Below, piece after piece: positions 49,913-64,000 of a stretch of DNA of 64,000 bases. Every line of letters begins with the position of its first letter. The stretch's first letter is position 1. This stretch comes from Harriotta raleighana (Eukaryota). The translations under genes were made by a program, and so were the position numbers. The notes below the pieces were generated by a model. The model did not search any database. It saw only the letters and a list, made by a program, of their open reading frames with translations, and was not told where the DNA came from. The stretch lies in contig JBNZDD010013514.1 in the NCBI GenBank assembly GCA_050575255.1, positions 647,985 through 711,984 of the forward strand, written 5' to 3'.

Positions 49913-52349
49913 TTTGGCCCTCGCTGAGATCAGGTCAGAATTAAACCTTTATTGGTTTAGTACTGAACAAGATGATGCTCATTTATTACTGGGCCACCTC
50001 GGGATTTATAATAATTCTGGAACAGTTGTTATTTTGGAGAAATACATGCACCACAATGGTTTGTTTCAATGTAGAACATGCTTTCAACTTTAAAAGCCCA
50101 AATGTTCTAGGCCACGTACTTAACTCATTTCCAATTTAGAATGATGTCAGCTTCACAATATTGTGCCAAGAATACAGTAAAAGTTGCTACTGTTATTGCT
50201 TAGCAAAGTTATAATGCATTCCATAACCATTAGTCATTTATGATGCATGATCAAAGATAACCCATTTATCCTCTGGGCCAGATAGCAAAGTTACCCAAAC
50301 AAATAATTTTAATAAATAAAATGGACAGCTGGCAGCTCAGTTCCTGCTTTGTCAGTCATAATACATGAAGGCCCTTAATGATATGACATGGAACAGTACT
50401 CAACACTTCACAAAATGAACAGTGTATGAGGCTTTTGATTTAATGTTATTTTCTTGTCCATAAAAGAATATAAATAATGGAACTCACAAGTCCAGAAACG
50501 TTGATTCGCATGGATTGATCCATAAGGGTGATCAGATATTCCTACAGCAGAACCCATTTGAGCAAACAATTTATGAAGTATTATTCAATCAACAACATTC
50601 ATGCTGCAAGGCTCAATCCAAGATGTTTATTAATTCTGAAAATAAAATGAAATAACTCAAATCCTTGCAGTGACAACTAACATCCTCTAAAAGTGCTCCT
50701 CTGGCACACTTAATTGTAAAAATTGAGCATTACTACAAGAGGGGAAGCCAATTTCAAAGCTTTTTCCCCCTCCACAAAATTCAATCCCAGCGATGTGCAT
50801 CAACTGAATTTACAAATCACAGATAGGATTAGCTGCACCTACTCTTTGGCAACTCAGGATTTCCTTTAAACTTCATCCCATTGGGGACAAGCAAGATTCT
50901 CTGCATGGAATGATCTCAGTGCATCTTTCCAATGGCAAATAAACCTCATTCATCAAGTACAAGTCAGCACTGCTACTTAGTTGAAAGCAGATCCAGCCCT
51001 CACTTCCTACGTTCTCCCAACTGAATTCTGAATACAGTACTTTAAAACTATCCATTAAGGCGGGTTGTTAAAATGCAAAGCTTTTTTTTAAATGCAGCTG
51101 TGTAATGTAGCACTTTCGAAAAGGAAAATTGACTTTCTAAAATATTTCAGACACTATAAACAATGAGAACATTGCTAAAATGCACAAATTATATTTCAGA
51201 TTTAGCAGGAATATTAGTAGCACAGGATGTTAGAGATTATGAATTTATCCATCCAGGTTTGTTAATAGCAAAATGGATCTAAGTAATTAAATAGTTAGTT
51301 CCCGATTCAGAAAGAAGTACATGTATCTAGCTTTAAGGGTAGGAGAGATATTGAATCTGACCATTTGCTTTCAGTCTGTAAACATTATCTGAATAAATTG
51401 AATTTTCATGTTCCTATATTAGTGAGGAGCCTGATGAACAAACTCAAGCCTTGAAATTGTCCGTCAGTCAGTGTTACACTAGAAAATGTTCATACAATTC
51501 CACAAATTCATATTAAGAAAATAAATTTACTCATGGTTGGTTAAAATATACGGAAACTTTAAATTGTGAGATGGCAAGTTAGTGCTCACGTGCTTATATC
51601 AAAGCAGCAGCCACGCACCACAAGATAAATCTCTGCTTCTGGTACAAAAAGTATAATAATTAAGATAGTTCTCAAAAGGAGTACTGTAGTATTGTAGTTG
51701 TGCTGATGGGTCATTAGATGCCAGGTGAACACAGATTTTATGACATTCTAGCCTGCCAGTCCTCATTAAGCAAGTTTCAATCATCACTGGATGAAGTCAA
51801 ATCACAGTTAATGGTTGCATTTATAAATTGAAGGGGGGGGAAGAAAAGGTTTTGAAAAAGTGATAATTTATTCCTAACTATTTAATAATAACTGTCAGAG
51901 CTCCTCTTGTCAGACTGCTTACCATGTATAAAAAATTACTGTTAAGTGAGTGTTGAGTTTTCAAATACAAATTAATCACATGGGAAGATTATATGCAATA
52001 ATACTCTGTGCTTTCTTTGTCCACTTGTGGCCGAACACTTGTCTGCTATACCAAACCAAATTATTTGCCTAGCATTGAGGAGCTGCCAATGAACCAATAC
52101 AATAATAAAATAAGTACCAAACATTATTTGCAGTAATAAGCCTAAAAAGCATTGCCATGGCTATTCCATTTCAGTTATAAAGAGCCCCAATACCTCTCTA
52201 AGGCATAGCTGAGATCGTGAACTCATGCTTGGAGAAGCGTAGGGAGAGAATCTACATCTTACCATTCTAGTTGCTAGTTGTACTCGATTCCCACCACCAC
52301 ATATAATACTGTGAACATACACTCATAGCCTTAAAATTACTGTATATAC

Positions 52350-52510
52350 ACAGAAGGTCATTCAGCCCATCGTGTCTGTGCTGGGCTCTTTGAAAAAGAG
52401 CTGGCCAAATCCATCCTACTTCCCATAGCCCTCCCCAAATATTTGTCCTCCCCAAATATTCATCTAACCTTCTTGAGTAAAGCTTGCATACCTCCAGCGA
52501 CCCATTCAAC
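52350..52510 (-). mobile_element. CR1 LINE 3' end
   Basis: CAGAAGGTCATTCAGCCCATCGTGTCTGTGCTGGGCTCTTTG, homologous to 55955-56000. Confidence 0.75.
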
Positions 52511-55500
52511 CCAGACCTACATCATCAATCAATTTATCCATTTTGTGAGGATACTGAGGTTTCGGTACTGCTGATACTACAATTACTGCTAGACAGTCAA
52601 CGGCCTTGAGATTAGAACATCTTGTCCTAGTGTTTCAGAATAATAACCTTATGGTAAAAATATGGGTGTTTCTAAACCGTTAATTAAACTGAACCATTCC
52701 AGTAAAATATTTCTACCGCAACAAGACAGCAGTGTTTCCAATTCACACGAAAGAAAGGCTATCATGACTAAAATAGTACTATCATTTTTTTACCCTGATT
52801 AGAAAAAAGTCATCATTTTCGTTGTATGGTACTGTACTGGAGAATGATACAATATAATTACACAATACATTATTGGAGGAACACTAGTTCTTCTGCAATC
52901 AACTAAGCGGAATTATTGATCAGCAAATAGAAGCCGCATGGCAGACATTGACGAAGAAAATACAACCATCACCCTGAATTGCACAAGTGTAATAGGGAAT
53001 GTCCCCAGCTCCTGACAATGCATTGTTACAAACCACAACCATTAAATTACAACCAACAGTTTTAGGTTCAATTATTTTGAATGGATTTGTCTTCCCCCTC
53101 TCATCCTCCTTTTCACTAAAATAAAATTTCAGGCAACAGTGATCCATAAGAAATACTGCAGAACAAAGTACCGTTAACAATTTCAACTTGCTGGTGTTTG
53201 AATGTTTCTCCTCATACCAACTTCTATTAAATTTGTTTTCACTTCCTTGGAAGGAGAAAGGAAGAAAGAATCCCCTTTACTTGTGCACTGAATGGCATTT
53301 GCGTGTTTATGCAATTACAGTATTCAGAAGTAGAAACCTTGACAGACAAATGCCGAACATTTTTAAGTCAATAAACTGATTTCAACAGAATACTTTGTTA
53401 CTATGGGATTAAATGTGCATCAGGAGTACAGCACTATCTATGCCAAAGCACTGCCCTTTGAGCCAATTGCTATGTAGTTGAGGAGATCAAACAACTTTAT
53501 AATCTATACGCACTGCATCTTGTGACCCTCCAAATAACACTATTCGGCGTTGGAAAAGCTTTCGCAGAGTCTGAATAGTGCAGAATAATCACAGAATAAC
53601 CATTTCATAAACCTTTGTAGAACTACCATTAGGAAAGAATTCATGCCAATCTGCATTAATTCTGCAGAAACATTGAAAATGTTTCAAGACATCCGCGATG
53701 GACAGTTACTGTGCACGCACACACAAACCACCACCTCCCCCCACAATTCTAAATAACTGCCAACTGCAATTATTGACATCTACATGCAATTTGAATTCCA
53801 TGATGAGTGCTCTCTGTTCTTAATGGATGCAATGGGCGATTTCACTTATGTGGGTTTAACCTCAAGACAGTTTCCGTATTACTTCTTGAATTCATCACAT
53901 CCTCACAATGAAACATTTATGCATAAAAAGGGACAATAGCAGAATGTTGATAATCCCATTATAATGCAGATTTGGGACTTTTAATATGAGAAAAGTAAAT
54001 ATTAGGCTTTTATCACACAATTGTAGTTGAATACTGTATATTTTTACTCCTTCCAATGAGAACACTGCTAGCAAGCAATGTACTTGCAGCACAAAATGCA
54101 CTAGTCTTAATTTAAATCAAATACAATTTTCAGATGCCTAGTACTCATTTGATTGTTGCTGTCTGGTGTTTCAGAACTAAAATCATCAGTATTCAGATCT
54201 TGGGACAGAAGAGTTTTCTTCAGTCCGTCCTCACACTTTTCTGGCTGTGCGGGAACTTTGTGAAACAATTTTCACATTTTGAACTCATTAAGCATGTTGA
54301 TTATACTTAATTCATATTCTATGTTACAAAAGTGATTCGTCAACTTACAGATTCTGTAGATGTTGCTAGAAAATCCTTCTTGTTGTGATTAGCGTATCAG
54401 AAATCAAAATGAAGTATAGAGCCATCAACTTTTATTGCTGACAGGCAGGCGACATCTGCTGTTGGCTTGCACAAGTAACTTCTTTTCCAGTCTTTACTTG
54501 AATGAAATACAGTTAAGTCCCGATGGATCAGTCCAGATCTCGGCATCCACATTAGCTTCTCAAACTCCTTCTGCACTATGGAGAGAAAACACAGGAAATC
54601 AGTAAAACTGCAGTCTCTATAAGCAGAATCCCAATAGGAAGGCATGAAAGTGGTTTGACCTATTGGGAGTCTAAGCGTTCCAGCAGATTGCTCCCATTCA
54701 ACTCCAGTCCAACAGAATCCCTCATCTGAGGCAAAGCAATTCAGCGAAGCCATTGGGAGGACTCAACTACAAACAAACATTTGCTCAGGACACAGAAGCG
54801 GGAAAAATAAAAATGATGTGAAATGTGAAGAGAAAATCCATGAATGCTATGATCTCAAATCGAAAATATTCCCAGCCATCTTTATTTTGCAGTCACTGAT
54901 CAGCATGCTGAAGATTTCCAGGGCTTCTTGAATTGTACATTTCTGACCAGTAAATACTAGCTCCCAATATACCCTTTTTCAAACGACAATTGCTTGAAGC
55001 AAGCTACTAGTCCTTTTCTTTCCAAGCTGACAAAGGGGCTTTCTTGAAATCACTGACCTTTTTCAGAATGGCAAATGTTCAAAATTCAATTCAGATGTGT
55101 AAATCTGGTGCAAATATCTTGACCCAAAGTAACTGCCACACACAATGCACTCACTGTACAGACACAGCATCACATCTAAAGGATTCCTGTAAAAGTACAA
55201 CATACAACTTGTACTGGACTCCCCGGAAAAAAATACAAGAGCATCCATCTGAGTTCTAGATACAGAAACCAAAATATATTCAATATCTTCTTTCCAATCA
55301 ACAAGTGTGTGATTCTTGCCTCAAAAATAATTAATTTTAAAATATGTAGGAAATGGGCATTAAGCACAGACAATGGAGTCTCTTTGGATTGAGATGATGC
55401 AGCACAATTTAGCAACATGAATACTGTAGTATGTTCCAAGAATACCCATTATTGCATACAGTACCCATCTAGAGTTGCTTCAGGTAATGCACACAACTTT

Positions 55501-55924
55501 TAGCTGCAAAGCAGTTCAACATCCAACAGGTTTTCACAATTTATACCAACATATCAGCTAAGTCTCAATGGTTGGTTATATTTAAAGCAAATTAAAGCAA
55601 GTTGGTTATTGTGAATATGCATATGAATAAGCATTTAATATTCAGATATGCCCAAAGCATCAACACAAAACCACTAGGTTTGATTTAAATTAGAAATTTG
55701 TCTGGAATCACTTTTTCTTGTTGGTTTCTACATTAATACAGTCAGCTCAAGGAAATATTACAGTAGGAATAACTGGAAATGCATTAACAATCAAAACATT
55801 CTGTACTGTACACGTTTAACTTGAAAGATAGTTTGAAAGCTTATTTCAAAAATGGAGAAAAGAGCATTAAACACATACAATGCAGCCTCTTAGGATTGGG
55901 AATAATACAGCACAATTTAGTTAC

Positions 55925-56085
55925 AAGAATTCATAGAATCATAGAATGTTACGGCATAGAAGGAGGCCATTCGGCCCATCGAGTCTGTGCCGGCTCTTTG
56001 ACAGAGCAATGTCACTTTTATTAACTCCCCATAACCCTGCAAACCAGTCTTCCCCAGATACCTATCCAGTTCTCTCTTAAAATTG
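55925..56085 (-). mobile_element. CR1 LINE 3' end
   Basis: (CATAGAAT)n terminal octamers, GGAGGCCATTCGGCCCATC, and ORF end FKRELDRYL. Confidence 0.88.
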
Positions 56086-58469
56086 GTCTTATTATTATTA
56101 TTATTACTCTTGCCTGGGCATATGGCATGTGGTGCAGGATACAGAACGGTAGACTTAGAACGTACCTTACCAAAATATCCCGATAGCACCAAGCTGATTC
56201 CCATCGAAGAATAGATAAATAAATCTACTCCCCCACTGGCTTCATGGGGTAAAGGTATCACCCAGTGCAGCAATCGGTCATACAGAACTCCCTGGGCTGT
56301 GCTGAGATGCTTAATAGCAGCTGGGAGGTTTGGGGGCAGAGGGGTTTGGGGGTGGGGAGAAATCGGTACAGTTAGCCTCTGTACTGCAAGATAGCTTAGC
56401 ACAATCAAGCATCAGTGTAGCAGACGAGACATACAGTAATACTTCGACTAAAAATCAAGTCAGTGTTAGAATTTATTCCAAGCACAACAAAGGATGCAAC
56501 TTGCCAGAGAGAAAATGAAGGCTCGAAACAGAAAGGTTAGGCCATGTTTCACACGCTATGGCTTTCCTATACAGTGTATCACGTTTATTTTGTGACCAAA
56601 GAATCACCTCATGGAAACTATTAGCAGAGTCCAAGATTGTAGCAAATGGCCTCTTATTGTGCTATAATTAAGATGCTGACGTGTGAAGGGCACTATAAGA
56701 ATGTAAAGTGTTGTTGTAATTTCTAGGATTTTATGAAAAAGATGGTTATAAATCCAATACAAGAACAAGCAAGATATGATATAGAATGTCCCCTTTAATT
56801 CTGAATTTTGTAATGAGATATTTCAATTAACAGTTAAATTCAATCTTCCTTAATATTTTTCAATTGACCAATACACCTCCAATTTACACAAATTGCAGAG
56901 ACCTCTCAATCCCAGGGAGACAATTCAAATAAAGATTTACAGCGCAGTGATCAATTTTTTTAAATTACCAGGTAGAAAGGAATCACTTCATTTCCTGCTA
57001 TGTCAACAATATTTAACTAACAGATCAGATATTAAATTATGGAAATATTTGATTAAGGAAATCTAGATGTTTTGCATTCAAAATAGCACACACAAATCTT
57101 ATTTGTTAAGGGAGAAAAGAGCTTCCCACTGAAAATAACCTAGTTTTCATGTAAATTTGGCCATGTAATTCAAGAAGCAGCAGCATTGCTTTAGATAGTG
57201 ACAAGAAGCAGTATGCAAGGGAATAGCTGACAATGGTTTATACTTTATTTAAAAAGTTGTGGTGGCCTATTGCGTTTTCTTCAGTGGAGATATGGCTGTT
57301 CTATCTCTTCATTTCTTTGCATTCTTGGGACATCTGCTATCTTAATTCCCCTATAGTTGGGTCATGAATGGAACGTATGTCATATTGCAATAAGGCCATC
57401 CCAACTACATCATCTGGTCGTAGCTACATTCCAATGTCATTTGCTCCAGCTAACCAGAGCAAAGTAATTACTGCTAACCAAGAGTAGAAACTAGTGGTGA
57501 TAAAATTCATTCTTAAAATGTCATATAACTGCGTAATGGAGGTATGCTAACTACATAATGGAGGTATTCGACTGGAAATAAAGCACCTTTTTATATAAAG
57601 ATATTATGCCAATGATGCAAGTCATCAATTAAAATATGCAATCATTTGCCTTTACAAAGAGCAAAATATCCCCACTGTTAAGTGCACACACACCATTCTT
57701 TTCCTCCAATTGAGGTTCCAATTTCCACTCTACATTTTGCCCAGCAGTTCTCAAATCAGAACAAATAGAGAATAATTTATCACTTCTGAAATCATGCTTC
57801 TAGTCTTAATTTTTTCTCTTTAAAATGATTTACAAATCAACTCAAGCTGTGCATTACATTTTAGAAGCTTCAGACTTTAACATAACTGTTGCAGTATAGG
57901 AATCTGCAGTTACAATTTTTTTGTACATCACTGCTTTAGTCTCGCGGTGTGAACCCCAGTTCATGCATTTTTGAGCGATCAAGTACAGAAGGTTAATTGC
58001 CCAATTACTGTAAAGTGCTGAAGACTGAAAACTGACTTCAGAATTTATCACAACAGGAGAGCAGTCCTTCCACATGATCAGTGGATCAAATCTACATGAG
58101 GTACCACAGTACTCTTGCCAAATATGTATGTGCAGGGGGGAAGAATTTTGACAATAATTTATTGATTCTTCACAGTAAGTGGTGTATTTTCCTCTCACAA
58201 TAACAAACAGTCTGTCCTGATCTATTCTGGGTTACAGAAAAGCTGCTCATCAGCACAATTCAACACAAAAACATGTCAGTTGTCTCATGTGCATCTTAAC
58301 AACTGACTGAGAAGTGCTCACATGCTGACGTCTCAGACAGGGAATTGCTTTTTGTTTCATTAGAATTTCATATTCAACCACTGTTCATAAAAAAAGGTCA
58401 TTACTAGTTGCTTAGCAGGTCTGAAAAGTCTTCATTTACCCGCTTCCCTAAATCAAAAATTGCGAAGAA

Positions 58470-58950
58470 TATTACCCGTGTATTGCCTGCTGCTCACCTC
58501 CTCTCACCAGCCTCACCCGGCTCCACTGGTTCCCCATTCCCCTGGAGGATAGAGTTCAAAATCCTTATCCTCACTTTCAAAGCCCTCCATGGCCTTACTC
58601 CTTCTTACCTCTTTGACCTACTAATGCCATATCAACCTGTCCGCTCCCTCTGCTCAGCAGGCTCCAGCCTGCTCCATGTCCCCTGTCCAGCCTACTCCAG
58701 CACAGTCNGCTCAGCAGGCTCCAGCCTGCTCCATGTCCCCTGTCCAGCCTACTCCAGCCTGTCATTGCCTTGTTCCCTCTCCCTTGCCTCCTTCAAGACA
58801 TGTCTCAAGGCTCTCCTCTTCGACCGCGGTCATCCTCTTACCCCTACCCTCCACCACTCCTGATCCCAAACCCCAGCTCGGGTCCAAATTCCTATCTGCA
58901 CATTAGGCATTCTCCCAAAATGAAAGGCGCTGTGTAAATTGAATTTGTTG
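58470..58950 (+). mobile_element. L2 LINE 3' end
   Basis: Peptide WRIEFKILILTFKALHGLTPSYL...SLASFKTCLKALLFD plus the L2 tail. Confidence 0.92.
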
Positions 58951-60126
58951 ATTGCAATCGGTGCTTTATATTTGGCTAAATGAGTTTTGTGTGAATTGTT
59001 TTTTGCATTTATATTTTAAAAATTACTAACCAGTAGATTGTGACTCCCAGCATTAGATCACTGGATAGCGCAAATGGAAACATTCAACCCGCTCCACACC
59101 CCAAAGATTCAGAGTTAACTGATCAACAGAGCAATGTGAGCCACCCGACCCTATTTTTGTGACAGTAGGAGCCTTATAAAAGATCCAGAGCTCCATTTCA
59201 GTCCAGTTAGTGGTAACCTGGAGTTAACAACAGACTACTGCAAACAGGTTGAGATAAGGCAAACTCTAGGTAATTGTATTGGTGGCATTTCAATGTCTAA
59301 TAAACAGTGTGCCTAATGAAGATCAATCTGGGAGTAGCAGGTCTAGAATATAAAAATGACCAACATTTAACGTCTGTTCCCAGACAAACAAGTTGTTATT
59401 TAAATAACCATCACTTTCCAATTCAACAAAAATGATCACTCTATCCCTCAGAAGCAGTACCAATTTTCTGGAAAAGTACAGCAAATTACAATTTAATTAC
59501 AGGATTTGTAAACATCTGCAGTCACTGTTTCCAATCAGTAGTAATTGTAATGCTAAAATCACTACATTCCAGTTCAAATGCAAGTCAATTCCAAAACATT
59601 TATAAATCAAAGTTGTACAACCGTTGCAGATTTTAGTATTCTGATCTGAAAGATGACATGGGACAAACAGTGCAGACTGATTTGTACGAGGGAATAATCA
59701 TAACATGTGGATTTCAATCCTAGTCATTTCAATGCTGCAAATTTGGATATAATATCGCTCAAGGCCATGAAGCTTCCTGCGGAATAGGTAGAACATACAA
59801 ATACGCAAAGCATATTTTCTATTCGACTTTTTAACGTGACCAAAGTGGGTGATCAACAAACATTCACTAGCTTTGGATAGTGTTTGATTCAGAAACTTTG
59901 AATGGTACAGCAACAGCAAGGAAAATAGTCTTCACAAATAAAAGGCAAACCACAGAACTAATAATTGTACAAGACTTTGCCCTCTATTGAAGTTTTACTG
60001 GGATTGATTGCAGGAATGGATCATGTTCCTGCGTGCTCGGCGTGGAGAACACTATATAAATTGAGTTGTTGTTGTTGAATGGATCATGTAATTACAGATA
60101 TTAACTTTACAAGAAAGGGCAGATAC

Positions 60127-60320
60127 CACAACAAATTACACTTATTTAGCACCTTTCATTAAGTAAGTCAGAAGGACATCCCAAGGCGCTGTTCTGAACA
60201 GTTGTTATTTCAGACCCAAGCTGGGGTCAGGGATGGGGAGGGAAAGAGGGGGATTTGTGGTGACCGATGGTACCATTGAAGAGGAGGGTCTAGACACAGG
60301 ACTTGAAGGAGGACGGGGGA
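60127..60320 (-). mobile_element. L2 LINE 3' end
   Basis: CAACAAATTACA...GGACATCCCAAGGCGCTG...TTGAAGAGGAGGGTC...TTGAAGGAGG. Confidence 0.82.
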
Positions 60321-61406
60321 CTAGTCCAAAGATTTTAACATTTTAACACTAGACAAGTCATTTCAGCCGTCGGCTGCAACAAAACCCCTCAAGCCTCCAT
60401 GTTTTCCTGCTTTGCGACAGTAATTCCAGCACCGAGGAGGTTAAGCAAAACCCAGTTTTGACATATTTCATCCACTGCATCAGTGCAACCAGTTTGCAAA
60501 ACTAAGATCAACTGAAAAAGATTGCCTATGACATCTCCAATAACCACATGTAAATATAGGCCCAACAGAAATCACATTTTTGTTTCCTCCATTTGTAGAT
60601 TAATATTAAATCTACAGCAATAGCAGCATTTGCCAGCGAAGTGAAGGAATGTACAGCTGGGTTATCAGGTGTACAATCAGCCCCACTGCACAATCTAATT
60701 TCACTTTTAAATTATACTGCAAATGCAGAGCAATTTTTTTTTACAGGACCACCAGGGACACAGCTTGGGGCAGGAGATTACAGATGAGGGAGTTTATTTG
60801 ACCCCCCACCACAATCAAAGCCAACATATTTCTGTAAGCAAACATACCTGCATTTTTACACCACACATTTGTAATTTACCAATTTCGGTTTGTCAATTCA
60901 AACCCTGGAACTGAATCAATGACTACATTAAAACAATATTCCACAATAACTTAAAATTGGAAGATTGATAGAGAATGAAAGAAACAACTTTATGCAGACA
61001 AAATTAATCTAAAAATAAATACCATTTTATAACAACAAAATTACGTTTGTAGAGTGCCTTTCACATTGGGACAATGTCCCATAAACTAGAAGTAAGCATT
61101 ACTGCAGTAATATTTGCAAATAATAATGCTAAAAGTTAAACAAAAACAATGAAGAACTAAAAGTGCAGGATAACCAGCTAATGGTGAAGCTTTTGTTTTA
61201 AAATCATTAAAGGTCCAATCCACTAAACTCTACGCAGCTGTAAATAGTCTAGTGATTTGCATGAAATAAATCCAAAAGACTATTAATAGACATCAAGGCT
61301 GAACTTGGAAAGTAAGACATTTTGAAAATGAAAAGTTGCAACCTTTATTGATTGATATGAATGATATCAATGGGGTAATGTCATCAAATGCAATATTAAT
61401 AATCAT

Positions 61407-61727
61407 GGAGTCCTATAGTTCAGTGGTTGGAGCACTCTCCTCGCAGGCGAGGGATCTGGGTTCGATTCCCGGCAGGTCAGGGTGAAACCTTGGACAAGTT
61501 TCCTTACTCCACACACATGCCAGATAATAATCCTTCCCAAAAAAAAATTGGTCATTTCATCCAACGATTGTTTATGGGGGTCACTGCTGTGCGCAATTGG
61601 CTACTGCATTTCACCCACAAATATACAGTCAATTCACTTTACAGTATATTCTGTGAAGCGCTTCGTGACAGTCTAGAAGACGTGATAAGGTGCGATATCA
61701 AATGCCAGGAACATTATTATTGTTATT
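61407..61727 (+). mobile_element. tRNA-Deu-L2 SINE, full length
   Basis: Head with B box GGTTCGATTCC, Deu core and ATT tail. Confidence 0.93.
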
Positions 61728-62108
61728 TATTTTGAAGCACAACACCAAATGAAACCCACATGACATCCCAAATATATTGCTGTCTGACTGCAAAAGAGGA
61801 AGCAGCAGTACAGGCACTGTGAGATGTTATCGGATAGGGAGGACCAAGATTAGAAAGAACAGTAGAGAAACGTACTCTTCAGTTCATTTACTTGGAATGA
61901 TTCGAACTGATTCTAACTGTCCTTTCTAAATAAAGGCAGATCATGACACACAAATACAAAAAACACCACGCAGTCAAGATGCTTCAATTCAGCCTTGGTT
62001 TGATTAAGATGTCGCTTGGCCTTTTGCGCATTGTAACTCACTCCAGCCTCTTAAAATTAAGGTCACTGGCACACATTCTCTGCATTTATCCTTGGAAACA
62101 CATTATGA

Positions 62109-62265
62109 TTTTTTTTTTAAAAACTGGTTTGCAATGTTTTGGTGAATTTTAAAGGAATAAGTGNTTTTTTTTTTAAAAACTGGTTTGCAATGTTTTGGTG
62201 AACATTGAGAATTCTAGGCAATTTTAAAGGAATAAGTANTTTGGTGAATTTTAAAGGAATAAGTG
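62109..62265. repeat. Local triplication around single Ns (probable allelic assembly artefact)
   Basis: N at 62164 and 62239 separate near-identical segments. Confidence 0.9.
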
Positions 62266-62774
62266 TTAAGATTTTTCTAATTCCACAAGTATTTTTTCCA
62301 CAGGCACCAATACGCTCATCTAAATTCTCTAATAATACATTCACCAGAGGTACAATTGTACCTATACTACATGAGCAGTCCCATAACCATAATATTTTAA
62401 GAGTTTTAAGGAACAGTTGAGCTTGTAGTTTGATCTGCCTATGTGAACTAAACTAACTCTGAATACTAGATAATAAATGGTGACAAGCAGTGAGTTATAG
62501 GGTAGGAATTGAAAGCACAAGTGTAACTTGAATAGTTTGATCAGTAGACTTACAATCCACAAAATTAAATTACCTTAAAAACCTCACTAACAGCTTCTAT
62601 AAACACTATTATAATAGTCATGCTTGAAACTTTTACAGACACTATGTCATCCAGGGTTTCAGATTCAGACAAGGAATAAACAGGTTTGCAGGTCAAGGAA
62701 ACCTGAGAGAATGTAGCTGAACTGCTTGAGCCTCATTCTTGGCTTAATTTTTTTTCATCACTTATGTTATGGTC

Positions 62775-62840
62775 TCAGCACCTTGGGAAGTCCTCCTGAT
62801 GTGAAATGCACTACACAAATGTAATTTTGTTGTTGTTATT
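62775..62840 (+). mobile_element. L2 3' tail (similar isolated tails near 12590, 27760, 38310, 44632, 47245, 47530, 56680, 61030)
   Basis: CAGCACCTTGGGAAGTCCTCCTGATGTGAAA...AAATGTAATTTTG(TTG)n. Confidence 0.8.
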
Positions 62841-63644
62841 GTAATAACACTCCAGGCTCTGTGCTGTCCTATACAAAATATATAGAAACTATGATGTACC
62901 CATTTAATTAATCAGGAATATAAATCTCAACTGCACCCATTGCAACTTAATAATGTAATATGCAAGGAGGAGTTGATGGCTAAGAGTAATTTTATAATGA
63001 ATTTTATTTTAGTTGTTATGGTCAGGAGCTGTGATTGAAGAAACAGAATCAATGTATTTAAAGGAAAACCTGATGCTTTGAAGATGAAAGTTTTTTTTTG
63101 ATGAGGGATCAGGTTATAAGAAAAGGATAAGAATATTTTCTGCTCTCACCCACTTCTACTTTACATGAATCCTGAACTGCAAGCAAAAGGGGAGTTGCTC
63201 TTTGCAACCAATGCCACTAAACGACTATCCACTAGGCGATGTACAAGAGCAGCCAGGCTGTTTCCAAGTGTGTGAGAAACACATCCACGAGTTCAGATCC
63301 ATAAAATTCAAGCAGAACTCAAAACAGAGTACTGTACTGCAAATAGCACTGGTAAAGGCGAAATACAGTAGCGTGCTTTTCTACAGTATTGAAGAAGCCA
63401 GGGAAAAGGCAAACAATGTGCAACTCTAGCTGCCGGATGAGACAGGAACAGGAGACTCGATGCAGAAAAAAAAAGAGAATTGTGAAAGATATCCTTCCTG
63501 TGGGGCGGCAAGATTAGGAAGTCACTATTGAATTTCACGGTCTCAAACAATCACTGTCCCAAAGCCAAAAATGATTTTTTTTAAGAGTTGCGCTCTGACC
63601 TTTGGCAAGCTCCTGTGGATCAGAAAATAGTAATTTTCTGCGCT

Positions 63645-63710
63645 CTGAAGTGCTCTGAGACTCCAGCCGGCGTGGAGGGCGCTATATAAATCGAAGTTGT
63701 TGTTGTTGTT
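63645..63710 (+). mobile_element. L2-type 3' tail of a second subfamily (another copy at 60030-60077)
   Basis: CGGCGTGGAGGGCGCTATATAAATCGAAG(TTG)n. Confidence 0.75.
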
Positions 63711-64000
63711 AATGTGCACAGCAGCGTCCAACTGCCACACCAAACGACCAGGCCAAACCATCCACACTCCTAGAAATAGCTGGCAACTAATAAGTGGTGT
63801 GAAGAACACCAAGATTCCACCCTAACATTTTACAGCCAACTGTTTGAACAAGTGCTCTCGTTCCACAAAGCTCCATGTTTACAAGCTATATCTGGCGTAT
63901 GTCACTAACACTTGTTTGCTAACCGGGTGACTCAAGACACTTTAGGTACCAGTACACCTTTTAAGCAAACATGGCATATTGAAGCAAAATGTTGAGCAAC

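Noticed and set aside
31640-56175. Isolated consensus minus-strand donors (near 31650, 49267, 51920, 56168) and an acceptor near 45713
   Set aside because: They have no convincing partner site, frame or promoter context. Such matches are expected by chance in long introns.
58408-58863. 151-aa ORF
   Set aside because: It is a decayed L2 ORF2 C-terminus containing an artefactual duplication.
1-64000. Most ORFs in the six-frame track
   Set aside because: They are short, often start at non-ATG codons and show no recognisable domains. Many overlap SINEs, LINE ends, microsatellites or the N gap. Only 2171..2410(-) contains a real exon.
1-64000. CRISPR array, operon or other prokaryote-type system
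   Set aside because: There is no regular repeat-spacer structure or gene-dense coding. The sequence is a eukaryotic intron-rich locus.

Overview
This is vertebrate genomic DNA, most likely from a cartilaginous fish. That is an inference from the repeat set (tRNA-Deu-L2 SINEs, SacSINE1-like SINEs, L2 and CR1 LINE ends), which resembles chimaera/elephant shark. The window holds the 5' end of TANC2 on the minus strand as three coding exons: 37152-37218, 9409-9480 and 2215-2397. They splice in phase 1 to give [107 protein letters not shown]. The introns between them are 27,671 and 7,011 bp. The next coding exon and a clear main promoter are not seen in the window. The rest is intronic: about 25 SINE copies, many LINE 3' ends, a hAT MITE, a Tigger/pogo-like MITE family, microsatellites, one N gap and three single-N junctions that look like assembly artefacts. 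Nearly all ORFs in the supplied track are spurious. I found no convincing new biological system. The best leads concern TANC2 isoform regulation: a candidate internal promoter, candidate alternative exons and a microexon, a missing internal donor, and inverted SINE pairs near exons.
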